From positions 1 to 51,154 of the IMG/VR virus record IMGVR_UViG_3300018946_000001: a stretch of 51,154 nt of DNA; one strand, given 5' to 3'. Shown one piece after another: positions 14,646 to 24,107 of the stretch (position 1 is its first letter; every line of letters begins with the position of its first letter). The notes under the pieces are model-generated. The model was not told the origin of the DNA. It did not search any database and saw only the letters and a program-made list of their open reading frames with translations. The stretch comes from a virus. Both the position numbers and the translations under genes were made by a program.

Positions 14646-15926
14646 GTGAGCCGGGAACGTGCACTCCCATTCCCGCTGGTGCTGGCAGATATTATGAGTC
14701 TCAACCTAGATACACGTACCTATCGTAAAGATCTGAAGTTCAAGCCAGGCCACGGCTATGGCCGCCGAGTTGGCAACCTGTGGCTTGGCACGCGCCCCGC
14801 GCCGCCCCGCTCGATCCTGTACCATACGACCAACAACCCGCGAGGTAACACTTCCTACCCATCAGAGGCTCGATTCCTGCGCGATAGTGCCGATGTATCT
14901 ATCCAGTACGTTGTCAGTTCTGATGATGACACCGTGGTGCAAGTCCTCCCTGATGATATGGTGGCATGGCATAGCGGCAGTTGCTACGATGCGGCCTACG
15001 AAAACAATGCCTCAATAGGCATTGAAATCGCCTGGACGATCAACAAAGGCCCGCTGCCACAGATCGCCATTGAGAATCTCACAGAGCTTACCCGACACTT
15101 GCTTACACTGCACCCCCAAATTGGCAACAGGCTTGACCTGCACCGCCGACAGGCACAGCCCAAAGGCCGCAAGACCGACCCAGCGGGCTGGACTGACGCG
15201 GCCTTTGATGCCTGGCGCGATATGGTGCTTCAGCCTGTTCCCTTTGTTCATCACGCCGAAGATAGCCTACCCGCACCGATCAACGACCTCAACCGAATGA
15301 ACCCAACTAGCCAAAGCCCCATCCTTGGCCCTGCATCAGCCACCGCCGCGCAGTGCATCGCCTATATCAAGAGCAGGCCGCACGGCACGTACACCGTTGA
15401 TGATGTAGCCACCATTGTCCGTGTCTACTTCGGGCAGGCCGAACTGGTGGGCGTTGACCCGGTGGTAGCTATCGCGCAGATGATCCATGAAACCGGCAAC
15501 CTGACGAGTGCTTTAAGCCAACGCGCTGACAAGTATAAGCGCCCACTGCGTAACCCCGCTGGCATCGGCGTGAACGGCGATCAAAGCTCGATCCCGCTGG
15601 GAGGCTACGTGTGGGACAGCGATCGAGGCATGTACCGGCGCTGCGTCGGCTTTCGCTCGTGGGCAGATGAGAGCATTCCGGCGCACCTGGGACGATTGCT
15701 GGCCTATGCGTTGCCCGTTGATGCAGCGAGCCCGATACAGCAAGAATACATTGACCAGGCGCTACGCTTCCGGGGGCTGCCCGCTGCAATGCGTGGCAGT
15801 TCCCCTCGACTAGAACAGCTCGGTGCCTCCAGAAATCCCACACGAAATGGCTGGGCCTCGCCCGGGGATCGGTACGGAGCGGCTATCGCAGAGGTGATGA
15901 CGGCAATCCAACAGGTGCGGGTATGA
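14646..15926 (+). CDS. Bifunctional endolysin: N-acetylmuramoyl-L-alanine amidase (Amidase_2) plus glucosaminidase-like domain
   Basis: N-terminus: ILYHTTNNP...VAWHSG...ASIGIE...HRRQAQPKGRKTDPAGW. C-terminus: AIAQMIHETGNLTS...NPAGIGV. The start could instead be the ATG at 14694. Confidence 0.8.
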   Translation: MSRERALPFPLVLADIMSLNLDTRTYRKDLKFKPGHGYGRRVGNLWLGTRPAPPRSILYHTTNNPRGNTSYPSEARFLRDSADVSIQYVVSSDDDTVVQVLPDDMVAWHSGSCYDAAYENNASIGIEIAWTINKGPLPQIAIENLTELTRHLLTLHPQIGNRLDLHRRQAQPKGRKTDPAGWTDAAFDAWRDMVLQPVPFVHHAEDSLPAPINDLNRMNPTSQSPILGPASATAAQCIAYIKSRPHGTYTVDDVATIVRVYFGQAELVGVDPVVAIAQMIHETGNLTSALSQRADKYKRPLRNPAGIGVNGDQSSIPLGGYVWDSDRGMYRRCVGFRSWADESIPAHLGRLLAYALPVDAASPIQQEYIDQALRFRGLPAAMRGSSPRLEQLGASRNPTRNGWASPGDRYGAAIAEVMTAIQQVRV

Positions 15927-16369
15927 ACACTCCAACCGATCCAAAGGCACTCCTTCAGAGCCTCCCGCCACGGCCGACCTTTGAAGAGGCGTTGGCCCGT
16001 GAGCGTGCGCTGAATCCTGACGATCCCGATGCGGTACATCGCGCCTTTGCGAATATCCTTCACAGCCATGGTCTGCGAGATGATGTTGTATACATCTATG
16101 GTGCAGACGAGATAGAGGCATCGCGTAAGGATCGCGCCGAGCAAGCACAGCGACTTATTGCACTTAGCGAGCAGATTGATGAGCGATTCGCCGCACTTGA
16201 GAAAAATACCAATGAGCGCCTTATCGCACTTGAACAGAACCAGGCTGATGTGATCAGCGCGTTCCGGGTAACCAATGAGAACCTGAGTAAGATGTTCGTG
16301 ATCTTGTGGCAACTCCAGCAGGCGCAACCAGTGGCAACCCGGGCGGCGGGAGAACAGGCACCATCGTGA
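15923..16369 (+). CDS. Coiled-coil hypothetical protein (lysis-cassette neighbour)
   Basis: ATGA overlap start. Heptad-like RLIALSEQIDERFAALEKNTNERLIALEQ. Confidence 0.5.
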   Translation: MNTPTDPKALLQSLPPRPTFEEALARERALNPDDPDAVHRAFANILHSHGLRDDVVYIYGADEIEASRKDRAEQAQRLIALSEQIDERFAALEKNTNERLIALEQNQADVISAFRVTNENLSKMFVILWQLQQAQPVATRAAGEQAPS

Positions 16370-16857
16370 TACCCGAAGAGTTTGAGGCATTTCGGCGTGA
16401 GACACGAATGGAGATCCAGCGCAACACCGAGACGCTGGCGAATCACATTAAGGCTATCAACAAGGTGATTACCTCGTTGAACCTTGTGTTTGTACAGCAA
16501 ATGGAAGCCGAACGGATGCTTCAAGAGGGCGGCATGCCGGTTGATGATGAGACCGACCGTTCACGGCTTATTGTGAATGCCTCCACGCTCGGTGTGCTCT
16601 CGCAACTAAATGGCACGATGTTACACGTTGAGGCGTACTTGGAGAGCGAGCGGGCCAATCTGGAGCACATTCACACCAGGCAGCAGCACGGGCTTGACGT
16701 GTTAAACCGCATTCTTGGCTACTGGCAATGGTTTCGCCTGATGGTGGTAGCCATCCTTATTCTGGTCATCTTCGGGGTCATGGGCGTCATTCTGATCATC
16801 TTTGAAAACGTCCAGATCCTAGAGGGCGTTGGCCTGCGGTACTTTGGGGGTCGCTGA
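16366..16857 (+). CDS. Coiled-coil protein with a C-terminal TM anchor
   Basis: GTGA overlap start. C-terminal WFRLMVVAILILVIFGVMGVILIIF. Confidence 0.5.
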   Translation: MIPEEFEAFRRETRMEIQRNTETLANHIKAINKVITSLNLVFVQQMEAERMLQEGGMPVDDETDRSRLIVNASTLGVLSQLNGTMLHVEAYLESERANLEHIHTRQQHGLDVLNRILGYWQWFRLMVVAILILVIFGVMGVILIIFENVQILEGVGLRYFGGR

Positions 16858-16860
16858 TGT

Positions 16861-17304
16861 ATGATACAGCTTTGGCTCTATCTCCTGTGTATCTTGGTTG
16901 GTACGGCAGCACTGTTTGTGGCCGCTACTCGACTTGCAGAAGCACGCCCGCAAATGTGGGGGCCGCTGGTACTGGTGTCAATCACCATCAGCACGCTTGT
17001 GATGGTAGGGGTGATTGCGGGTGTGCTGATCGACCGCTTCGCCAGCAAGGTTGCCTATTTCATCGACCTGCACCGGTACACCTACTATCAGGCGCAAGAG
17101 AAAGCCAAGGATCTGGAGAGCGAGTTGCACAAGGCGGATCACGATATCAGCCTGCTTGTACAGGACAAACAACAACTCGAACAAACCATAGCCGAGCAAG
17201 CGAAACGCATCAACAGTATGGAGCCGCAGATCAAGGAACTCCACGGGTTACGGGCACAAATCGGCAAACGAGCTACGGACAAGGACTTATCGAGTACGCC
17301 CTGA
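16861..17304 (+). CDS. Membrane protein: two N-terminal TM helices plus a coiled coil
   Basis: LWLYLLCILVGTAALFVAA and LVLVSITISTLVMVGVIAGVLI, followed by a heptad-rich region. The overlapping frame-3 ORF 16857-17411 looks non-coding apart from its last roughly 45 codons. Confidence 0.6.
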   Translation: MIQLWLYLLCILVGTAALFVAATRLAEARPQMWGPLVLVSITISTLVMVGVIAGVLIDRFASKVAYFIDLHRYTYYQAQEKAKDLESELHKADHDISLLVQDKQQLEQTIAEQAKRINSMEPQIKELHGLRAQIGKRATDKDLSSTP

Positions 17305-17411
17305 TCCTGGTCTTCATCGTCTTCCTTGGTATCGGTGTCTATACGTTGACCGGGAGCCGAGCGAACAACTGGTACAGGCCGGTGACGAGTGGCCTGGAGG
17401 TGGGGCGATGA
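17277..17411 (+). other. Flp/Fap-pilin-like hydrophobic segment without an in-frame start (candidate -1 recoding extension)
   Basis: GQGLIEYALILVFIVFLGIGVYTLTGSRANNWY. There is no ATG, GTG or TTG between the junk-like upstream part of the frame and the motif. Its stop is ATGA-coupled to the next gene. Confidence 0.4.
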
Positions 17412-17692
17412 GCAAGCGCCGGCCGTCGAAAAAGGAACAACAGGAACAGCGCCAGCGCCGGATCACCTACCTCGGCCTCATCAACGCCGCCGCTACCGGT
17501 GTGGCCGCTGCGCCGCTCATGGGGTTTCCGTGGTGGGTTGGGCCGTTGGCATTGCTCATCGTAGGCATCTCGACTGGGATGCGGAAGGTGCTCATGGAGG
17601 AAGCTGAGCTTGACGCGCTGTATGCGCCGCCGCCGAAGCCCCAGGTTCCCGCGCCAGAGAATGCAGTGATAGAGCAAGAGGCAGCAGTATGA
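17408..17692 (+). CDS. Two-TM holin-like protein
   Basis: Basic N-terminus, two TM segments, charged C-terminus, 94 aa. Confidence 0.5.
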   Translation: MSKRRPSKKEQQEQRQRRITYLGLINAAATGVAAAPLMGFPWWVGPLALLIVGISTGMRKVLMEEAELDALYAPPPKPQVPAPENAVIEQEAAV

Positions 17693-18378
17693 CACTCCGC
17701 ATGGTCTTCAACGAGAGTTACACCAATTACGCTATCGGCGTAGCGCATCCTGACGGCGCGATCTATCAGGCGGTGCAATCAAAACACGGCGGTGTGCCAC
17801 AACTTGTCATTCGCCGCCGTAACCCCGATGGCACCTATCACGAACTGAAGCGCTACAAGAGTGGTGTGGACTTCCGTGGCATCCCTGGCATCTCCCAGGC
17901 TATCCCTTTGCCCGATGGCTCAGTGTATGTCTCCACCTGTGCCGGGGCGGGTGATGCTGTTGTGCAGTTCGAGGATATATTGCCCGATGCCTGCCCACCG
18001 TTCACGCCAGGCGCTACCTATCAATACACTGTGAGCGCTCACGATCAGGTTGCTCGGCAGAATGCCGTCGCTGCGATACAGCGAGCCCAGCGAGCCGAGC
18101 AGACCGCTGAGAAGGCCAAAGACGATGTGAAGGTCAATGGAACGAATGTCGAGCGGCGCATAGATGCGGTCGTTGCCTCGGCACAGAAGGCCATGAGCGG
18201 CATGGCGCTTGACCCGAAGCGCCTGTTGCAGATTGTGGTTGACGATATCAAGAACCCCAACGGCATGGTGCGCGGGGCGCTGTGGCCGCTTGTGGCCGAT
18301 GCGATCTACGCACAACTGAGGAACGCTGCGAGCCCGCTGATCAATGTCATCAAGCAGGGCGGCAGGGTGATACCGTGA
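17689..18378 (+). CDS. Hypothetical protein
   Basis: ATGA overlap start. 229 aa. Confidence 0.55.
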   Translation: MTLRMVFNESYTNYAIGVAHPDGAIYQAVQSKHGGVPQLVIRRRNPDGTYHELKRYKSGVDFRGIPGISQAIPLPDGSVYVSTCAGAGDAVVQFEDILPDACPPFTPGATYQYTVSAHDQVARQNAVAAIQRAQRAEQTAEKAKDDVKVNGTNVERRIDAVVASAQKAMSGMALDPKRLLQIVVDDIKNPNGMVRGALWPLVADAIYAQLRNAASPLINVIKQGGRVIP

Positions 18379-18506
18379 TGACAGAGCAAGAACAACGCAG
18401 ACTGCGCTACATGGAGCAGTGTGTGGTGGCATCCCTTCTAAACACAACGGTTCTTGCGGATGAAGATATAGCGCAGATCCGGAAAGATTATGGCAATAAC
18501 CGCTAA
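18378..18506 (+). CDS. Small hypothetical protein (42 aa)
   Basis: TGATG overlap start: MTEQEQRRLRYMEQ.... Confidence 0.35.
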   Translation: MTEQEQRRLRYMEQCVVASLLNTTVLADEDIAQIRKDYGNNR

Positions 18507-18975
18507 ACAAAAGATATTCATTGAATACTATCTCGCGAATGGTTGCAATGCCACCGATGCGGCACGAAAGGCAGGCTACAAAGATCCAGAGCAAGCAGGG
18601 TATGAAAACAAGAGAAAACAAGAGATCCAAGCCGCAATTAGGCAACGATTAAGCGAGAAGACCATGGGTGCTGATGAAGCGCTCGCCCGCCTAACCGACC
18701 AAGCGAGAGGCAGCATTGCGCCGTTCCTACGCTTCACACCGGGTTTTCCCGCAACACTAGATCTAAAGAGTGATGAGGCAAAGAAGCACTTGCATCTCAT
18801 AAAGAAATACACAGTCGGCAAAGATAACACGGTTGGCATTGAACTCTATGATGCACAAAGCGCCCTTGCACTGCTCGGGAAGCATTACGGGCTGTTGACC
18901 GACAAGAGCGAACAGAGCGGCACGATCACCGTTCGTATCATTGATGAGACACACACAGATGCGACAGACGATTGA
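18490..18975 (+). CDS. terS: Terminase small subunit (Terminase_2/P27-like)
   Basis: KQKIFIEYYLANGCNATDAARKAGY...EQAGYENKRK. Located directly upstream of TerL. Confidence 0.8.
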   Translation: MAITAKQKIFIEYYLANGCNATDAARKAGYKDPEQAGYENKRKQEIQAAIRQRLSEKTMGADEALARLTDQARGSIAPFLRFTPGFPATLDLKSDEAKKHLHLIKKYTVGKDNTVGIELYDAQSALALLGKHYGLLTDKSEQSGTITVRIIDETHTDATDD

Positions 18976-20158
18976 CATCGCATTGCCCCGGCTGCATCAA
19001 GCGCAGCGGCAGATCGTGAGCGAGGCGCGGCGCTTCAATGCGCTGTGCTGCGGGCGACGCTTTGGTAAATCAACGCTCGGTGTACAGTTGCTGGCACGCA
19101 CTGCCCTTGGCGGCAAGCCCGCCGCGTGCTTCTTTCCTACGTACCGGATGTTGGCCGAGGTTTGGCGGGATCTGGTGGCACGACTCGCACCGATCACGCG
19201 CGGGAAGCGCGAGCAGGAACACCGCCTTGATTTACTCACCGGCGGTGTGATCGAGATGTGGAGCCTGCAAGAGCCAAACGTGGCCCGTGGGCGAAAGTAC
19301 GCCCGCGTGGTGATCGATGAGGCGGCGATGATTGCTCCACTCGAAGAGGCATGGCAAGCCGTTATTCGGCCCACGCTTACCGATTATGCCGGTGATGCAT
19401 GGTTTCTTTCGACGCCCAAGGGTCAGAACTATTTCGCCGCGCTCTATGATAAAGGCCAGCAGGCTGAGGGTGATTGGCAGAGCTGGCGTATGCCCTCGCA
19501 CCAGAACCCGCACCTGCCCCCGAGTGAACTGGTTGCGCTGCAAGATGAACTGCCCGCGCTCGTGTATGCACAAGAGGTGCTGGCAGAGATCGTCGCTGAT
19601 GGACTAGCGGTGTTCAACCCGGGGGATCTGGACCGGGCTGACCGTTTGCCTGTAGACACGCCGCCGATGCCCTCTATGCATACCCTTATGAGCGTAGACA
19701 TAGGCCGGCGGCGTGATGCAACCGTGATCAACGTGTTTGATACGCGACGAGAGCCGTTCCAGCGGGTGTACCACGAACGCTTGGACCGAGTACCTTACCC
19801 CGTTATTCAGTCCACAATTGAGCGGGTAGCGCGGCAATATGGGGGAAGATTGTTCATCGAGAGCAATGGCGTGGGCGATCCGGTGATTGAGAACCTGATG
19901 GTGAAGGCTGAGCCGTTTATCACTACCGCTCGCAGCAAGGCCCAAGCGATTCAGGCACTTCAGTTACTGCTTGAGAAGGGTCGCATTGCAGCTCGTTGGA
20001 CACCACAGGAACGCCGTGAACTGATCGGCTATGCGTGGGATGACCGGGCATTACAGCAAGACTGTGTAATGAGCCTTGCCATTGGTGCGTATCACTTGGT
20101 ACAGCCTCCTCCGCAGCCCGTGCGCCGCCCCGCCTCATTCACCATAGAGACAGGATAG
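18944..20158 (+). CDS. terL: Terminase large subunit
   Basis: Walker A is CGRRFGKST and Walker B is VVIDEAA. Nuclease-half motifs VDIGRRRDATV and IESNGVGD. The start could instead be 18959. Confidence 0.8.
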   Translation: MRHTQMRQTIDIALPRLHQAQRQIVSEARRFNALCCGRRFGKSTLGVQLLARTALGGKPAACFFPTYRMLAEVWRDLVARLAPITRGKREQEHRLDLLTGGVIEMWSLQEPNVARGRKYARVVIDEAAMIAPLEEAWQAVIRPTLTDYAGDAWFLSTPKGQNYFAALYDKGQQAEGDWQSWRMPSHQNPHLPPSELVALQDELPALVYAQEVLAEIVADGLAVFNPGDLDRADRLPVDTPPMPSMHTLMSVDIGRRRDATVINVFDTRREPFQRVYHERLDRVPYPVIQSTIERVARQYGGRLFIESNGVGDPVIENLMVKAEPFITTARSKAQAIQALQLLLEKGRIAARWTPQERRELIGYAWDDRALQQDCVMSLAIGAYHLVQPPPQPVRRPASFTIETG

Positions 20159-20161
20159 CCA

Positions 20162-21736
20162 ATGCCACTGACGATCACGACACTAGACCAGGCCCGCAAA
20201 CTGATTGCCATTGCACGCGAACAGGATGCGAAAGATAACGTCCTGCTGTACGATGGCGATCATTGGGGCGATGGCCGTTTCTGGGTCGGCCCCACGCTCG
20301 CGGACCCGGTAGAGATGGCGAAGGTACAAAAGGCGCTGGTGTCAAAGAATGTCGTCAAAGAAGTTTGCCAGCGGCACACGGCGGGCGTGGTGGGCAAAGA
20401 GCCGCGCTGGTCGGTGGGGCTACGGCGATCGCTCAAAGAGGGCAGCGCCCCTACACCTGAAGAGCAGATGCGAATTGATATGGCAGAGGCTATCCTAACC
20501 GAGTGGTGGGATGAGCGCCGAGGCCATCAAATACTCCAGGAAGCGACGATTAAACTGCTGCTTTCATCCCGTGCGGTCCTTCGGCTCTTCATCCCCAGCG
20601 GGCTACTTGTTGACGGCGCTATTGTTATCCCTGATGTGAGCGATACAACGCAGGCGCTACAAACTGCACTGGATCATCTTTTTCTTCATGTGACCGAACT
20701 CCACCAGGCCGCTGTAGCTGTTGATAAGACAACCATGCGCCCAACGGCTATCTATGTCTACAAAGACGATAGCGGCAAAGAGTTTATGGAACTCGCCTAT
20801 ATCGAGGGCAAGGATACGGTACTGAGGGTTATTGAAGCAGGGAAGGCCGAAGTTGAAGAGGTATACCGCTTCCCCTTCGATGGCAAACTACCACTCTATC
20901 AGATGAATCGTGATCTGCTCATTACGCCACAGGTGCGACAGCAACAATGCTTACTGAATGAGGCACTGACGATGCTGGGTCGCAACGTCGTGATTGGCGG
21001 ATTCTTAGAGCGCATTATCTTAAACGCTGATCCACCTGGGCAGTGGGTAGTTGATCCAGTGACGCAAGAACGTACATTTGTGCCGGGATCTATCCGTCTT
21101 GGGCCTGGTACAACAAATTACATTGGTGGTGCTGTCGTCGTTGGAGAGGACGGGAAAACCACTGTTGCTAATCCCTCGGTCGTGTATCGTGACCCGGTAG
21201 AAGTCAAGACATTTATTGATACCATTGATACCGCCTATCGGGGCATGCTTGAAGAAACCCATCAGGTACATGCTGTGCAAACGGGCGCTTTCAACATCAG
21301 CGGCGAGAGCCGTATCCAGGCCCGCGCTGATTACGGTTCTTCGCTTAATCCGACGAAGACAGACATAGATAGGGCGGGACGATGGCTGCTTGAGGCACTG
21401 CTTGCAAAGTCTAGCGCATTGGCGGGGCTGCCCGGCTACTTTGCCGATCTGCGCGTGACCTTCGAGTGCCAACTTGACCTTGGGCCGATACCCGCCGATC
21501 AGCAGCAGCAGGTTGTTGTACAGTATGAGAAAGAACTGCTCGACCAGCCAACGGCGATGATACGCCTCGGCACTGCTGACCCTGACCCCATGATCGCTTC
21601 GATCAACGCGCACCGCGAAGAGAAGGCACGAGCAAATAGCGCCACGCTCACCAGCGCGGTCTTCTCGGCCAGGGAACTGGCAAAAGATGCTATGCCGCCG
21701 ACCGCCTCGGGGCTGTTGCAGCAGGCAGGGGAGTAA
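20162..21736 (+). CDS. Portal protein (by position and size)
   Basis: 524 aa, immediately after TerL and before a MuF-like gene. Confidence 0.6.
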   Translation: MPLTITTLDQARKLIAIAREQDAKDNVLLYDGDHWGDGRFWVGPTLADPVEMAKVQKALVSKNVVKEVCQRHTAGVVGKEPRWSVGLRRSLKEGSAPTPEEQMRIDMAEAILTEWWDERRGHQILQEATIKLLLSSRAVLRLFIPSGLLVDGAIVIPDVSDTTQALQTALDHLFLHVTELHQAAVAVDKTTMRPTAIYVYKDDSGKEFMELAYIEGKDTVLRVIEAGKAEVEEVYRFPFDGKLPLYQMNRDLLITPQVRQQQCLLNEALTMLGRNVVIGGFLERIILNADPPGQWVVDPVTQERTFVPGSIRLGPGTTNYIGGAVVVGEDGKTTVANPSVVYRDPVEVKTFIDTIDTAYRGMLEETHQVHAVQTGAFNISGESRIQARADYGSSLNPTKTDIDRAGRWLLEALLAKSSALAGLPGYFADLRVTFECQLDLGPIPADQQQQVVVQYEKELLDQPTAMIRLGTADPDPMIASINAHREEKARANSATLTSAVFSARELAKDAMPPTASGLLQQAGE

Positions 21737-21739
21737 CGA

Positions 21740-22276
21740 GTGGACGAAGCATTGCGCCGCCTGATCGAAGGCATGTACGGTGATATCGCCGCGCTGATGG
21801 CGGTGCGCGATCGCTTCACGGCGGCGGGGCTTGGGCGGGAATTTGAACGTATCCTGGTTGAATATCATCTCGCCGCATATTTTGCGGGCCGAGGCGATGA
21901 TGAGCTTTCGCCGCGTGCCGACCTGCTTATGGGCGCGGCTATCTCGGCAGAGATCGGATACTCACGGGCGTTCCTCGGCAAGATCGACACCTTGAGTGAT
22001 GCCCAGGCCACAGCGCGGGCGCTGCAATACACCGGGGCGATCAAGGCCAGCTACAGCAAAGGGAAGCACTGGCTGTGGGATCTGCCGTTCCACGCGGGCG
22101 ACGGCGGCACGCCCTGCCTGACCAACTGCCGCTGCCGCTGGGATGTGCAGGTGCAGGATCTGGAAGAACTGGACGCGAATGCCTACTGGCGGGTCACAGC
22201 GGGCGAGTCGTGTGCCGGGTGCGTGGCGAGGGCGAAGGGCAATCCATACGTGTTCAAGGGTGGAGCATTGCAATGA
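21740..22276 (+). CDS. Minor head / head-morphogenesis protein (Mu F / SPP1 gp7-like C-terminal motif)
   Basis: WLWDLPFHAGDGGTPCLTNCRCRW resembles the pP-H-nCRC motif. GTG start. Confidence 0.5.
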   Translation: MDEALRRLIEGMYGDIAALMAVRDRFTAAGLGREFERILVEYHLAAYFAGRGDDELSPRADLLMGAAISAEIGYSRAFLGKIDTLSDAQATARALQYTGAIKASYSKGKHWLWDLPFHAGDGGTPCLTNCRCRWDVQVQDLEELDANAYWRVTAGESCAGCVARAKGNPYVFKGGALQ

Positions 22277-22560
22277 GTGACAATCCAATCAAAAAAGGTG
22301 TGTATATCAGCGTACCTGGGTCTGTCATTACCTGTGTTATGACAGCAGAAAAAGTAGAGAGCATAGTAGGCCGTATGAAGGACGGTATGAAAAGTGTCGG
22401 ATTGTTAGTGCTCGGTTCAACAGGTAGTGATCTATACGTGCCGTTATGGAACGTAAGTTATATTCAGGTTACCCCATTACATGAACAACTAGCGGAGAAA
22501 TACAACGGTCTACCATTAGAAATACAGGCATTGCCCGCTGTTTGGATTGAGCATACCTAA
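22273..22560 (+). CDS. Hypothetical protein (AT-richer island)
   Basis: ATGA overlap start. 95 aa. Visibly AT-richer than the flanking head genes. Confidence 0.5.
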   Translation: MSDNPIKKGVYISVPGSVITCVMTAEKVESIVGRMKDGMKSVGLLVLGSTGSDLYVPLWNVSYIQVTPLHEQLAEKYNGLPLEIQALPAVWIEHT

Positions 22561-22597
22561 TGTCTTCAGGGACGGGGTATTGTAACAGGAGGGTCTT

Positions 22598-22762
22598 ATG
22601 GACAAGTTGCCATATTGGGTCAAAGAAGAACGGATCTTAGAAGTCACCATAGGCGAAGACGGCGAAGAATACATACTGATGGAGGTAATCTTCCACTGGT
22701 GGTATGTGCCTATCGCCTGGTTCAATATGTGGTATAGCTGGTTCTTTCTGCGGGAAGCATGA
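22598..22762 (+). CDS. Small Trp/aromatic-rich hypothetical protein (54 aa, below the track cutoff)
   Basis: AGGAGG 5 nt upstream. Its stop is ATGA-coupled to the next gene. C-terminal HWWYVPIAWFNMWYSWFF. Confidence 0.45.
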   Translation: MDKLPYWVKEERILEVTIGEDGEEYILMEVIFHWWYVPIAWFNMWYSWFFLREA

Positions 22763-23214
22763 ACACCTATATCAACAACGATCCAAACCGACAGCCGCCA
22801 GAGTGGGCGCAGCAGTATTTCGATGACTGCCGCGAACTGCTAGGCATCGGGGAAGATTGGCATTTGTTCTTCTCGGTAGCAGACAGCCCAGGAGATTACA
22901 CTGAGGCTGATGGGCACTGTCTGCTTAACACCCGCTACTGGAAAGCTGAGATCCAAATGCGCCGAGGGTTGCTAGAGGAACGTGGCAGAGAGGTGATTAT
23001 GCACGAGTTGTTGCATGTCGCCCTTGCACCGCTCGATCTGGCCGCTGATCGCATTCGTGAACTGCTTAAAGAGAAGCATCAAGAACACGCTGACGAACTG
23101 TACTGCGATGCTCAAGAACAGGTGATCGAGCGATTGACCAGGGCGCTACAGCGAAGTGCGAAGCCGCCGAAGATGACAGAAAGTGAGGGTCATAGTGTCA
23201 TCACAGCCATTTGA
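22759..23214 (+). CDS. Putative HExxH zinc metallopeptidase-like protein
   Basis: REVIMHELLHVAL contains an HExxH motif. 151 aa. Confidence 0.5.
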   Translation: MNTYINNDPNRQPPEWAQQYFDDCRELLGIGEDWHLFFSVADSPGDYTEADGHCLLNTRYWKAEIQMRRGLLEERGREVIMHELLHVALAPLDLAADRIRELLKEKHQEHADELYCDAQEQVIERLTRALQRSAKPPKMTESEGHSVITAI

Positions 23215-23407
23215 CAACCGCGCTACAATACAGCCAGTGACACTCGACCCACGCACCAAAGTGTTGGTGCTGGCAGTCCGTGAAGCCCTGCTCGCCATCG
23301 TTGTGGCACTCGAAGTATGGGCGGGCATTGCTCGCAGTGTGCCGCCGAACCGAGAGCGACGGACGATGGCGCATCAGCAACAGCGGGAGATGCAAGATGC
23401 GACTTGA
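23183..23407 (+). CDS. Hypothetical protein
   Basis: GTG start. 74 aa with a hydrophobic central helix. Weak support. Confidence 0.3.
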   Translation: MRVIVSSQPFDNRATIQPVTLDPRTKVLVLAVREALLAIVVALEVWAGIARSVPPNRERRTMAHQQQREMQDAT

Positions 23408-23744
23408 TCATGGATTGATACGTGCCTTGTTGTTAGCCCTTGAAACAGGTAACACGGACCTGGATATTGCGGGCTTTTCTGCTGATCAGATCACATATCA
23501 TCTTGTCCTGATGGAAGAAGGCGGGTTGATTGAGGCAGATATATTCTGTTCTGGCGACGGAAAAACAATAGTCCAACCTCGGCAACTTTCCTGGAAGGCA
23601 CATGACTTTCTTGCTGTTGCTCGCAATGACAAGGTATGGAACGAAGCGCAAGGTATCTTGTCTGCTAAAAATATGAGTGTGTCGTTTGATCTATTACAAT
23701 CCATGCTTAGTCAATTACATCAATCATCACTTGCTTTGTCTTGA
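23397..23744 (+). CDS. DUF2513-like winged-helix protein
   Basis: LIRALLLALE...ITYHLVLMEEGGLIEA...LSWKAHDFLAVARNDKVWNEA matches the family pattern. Confidence 0.65.
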   Translation: MRLDHGLIRALLLALETGNTDLDIAGFSADQITYHLVLMEEGGLIEADIFCSGDGKTIVQPRQLSWKAHDFLAVARNDKVWNEAQGILSAKNMSVSFDLLQSMLSQLHQSSLALS

Positions 23745-24016
23745 CAGAGAGGTACACACTGATGCCTGAGCAGAGCGCCCCTGTTATTCAACTGCCATTC
23801 ACTGATGATTTGGTCAAGCGAGCTAGTCAAGCCTACTCGAAAGCTTGCTTTATTTTGTATCATTACGCTGATCCTAAGCACCTGGAAGCAGTTATTGCTT
23901 CACATCGAACATTGCCAAATGGCAGCGTTGACCCGAAACAGAAGAAAATCGAAGATGCCTGCCTTGAACTATGCAAGGCGTTAAACGATTACCATACAGA
24001 TCCCCAAACTACTTGA
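23741..24016 (+). CDS. Hypothetical protein
   Basis: TTG (overlap) or ATG 23762 start. 91 aa. AT-richer. Confidence 0.4.
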   Translation: MTERYTLMPEQSAPVIQLPFTDDLVKRASQAYSKACFILYHYADPKHLEAVIASHRTLPNGSVDPKQKKIEDACLELCKALNDYHTDPQTT

Positions 24017-24107
24017 CATATGCGCTATACTGTGTGTAGACATGTGACAAGACGGTCACAGTTCCACAGCTAAACTGAATACCTTTCGCTGACCACAGAT
24101 TCTGTGA

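Noticed and set aside
16857-17270. N-terminal roughly 135 codons of the frame-3 ORF 16857-17411.
   Set aside because: The sequence is junk-like (R/G/C/H-rich). The overlapping frame-1 ORF shows clear TM helices and a coiled coil. Only the last roughly 45 codons (the Flp-like segment) look real.
24011-24060. TTGACA...TATACT near 24012-24030 as a late promoter for the scaffold gene.
   Set aside because: The hexamers are separated by only about 7 nt. The short inverted repeat TGTGAC-6-GTCACA nearby is too small to call.
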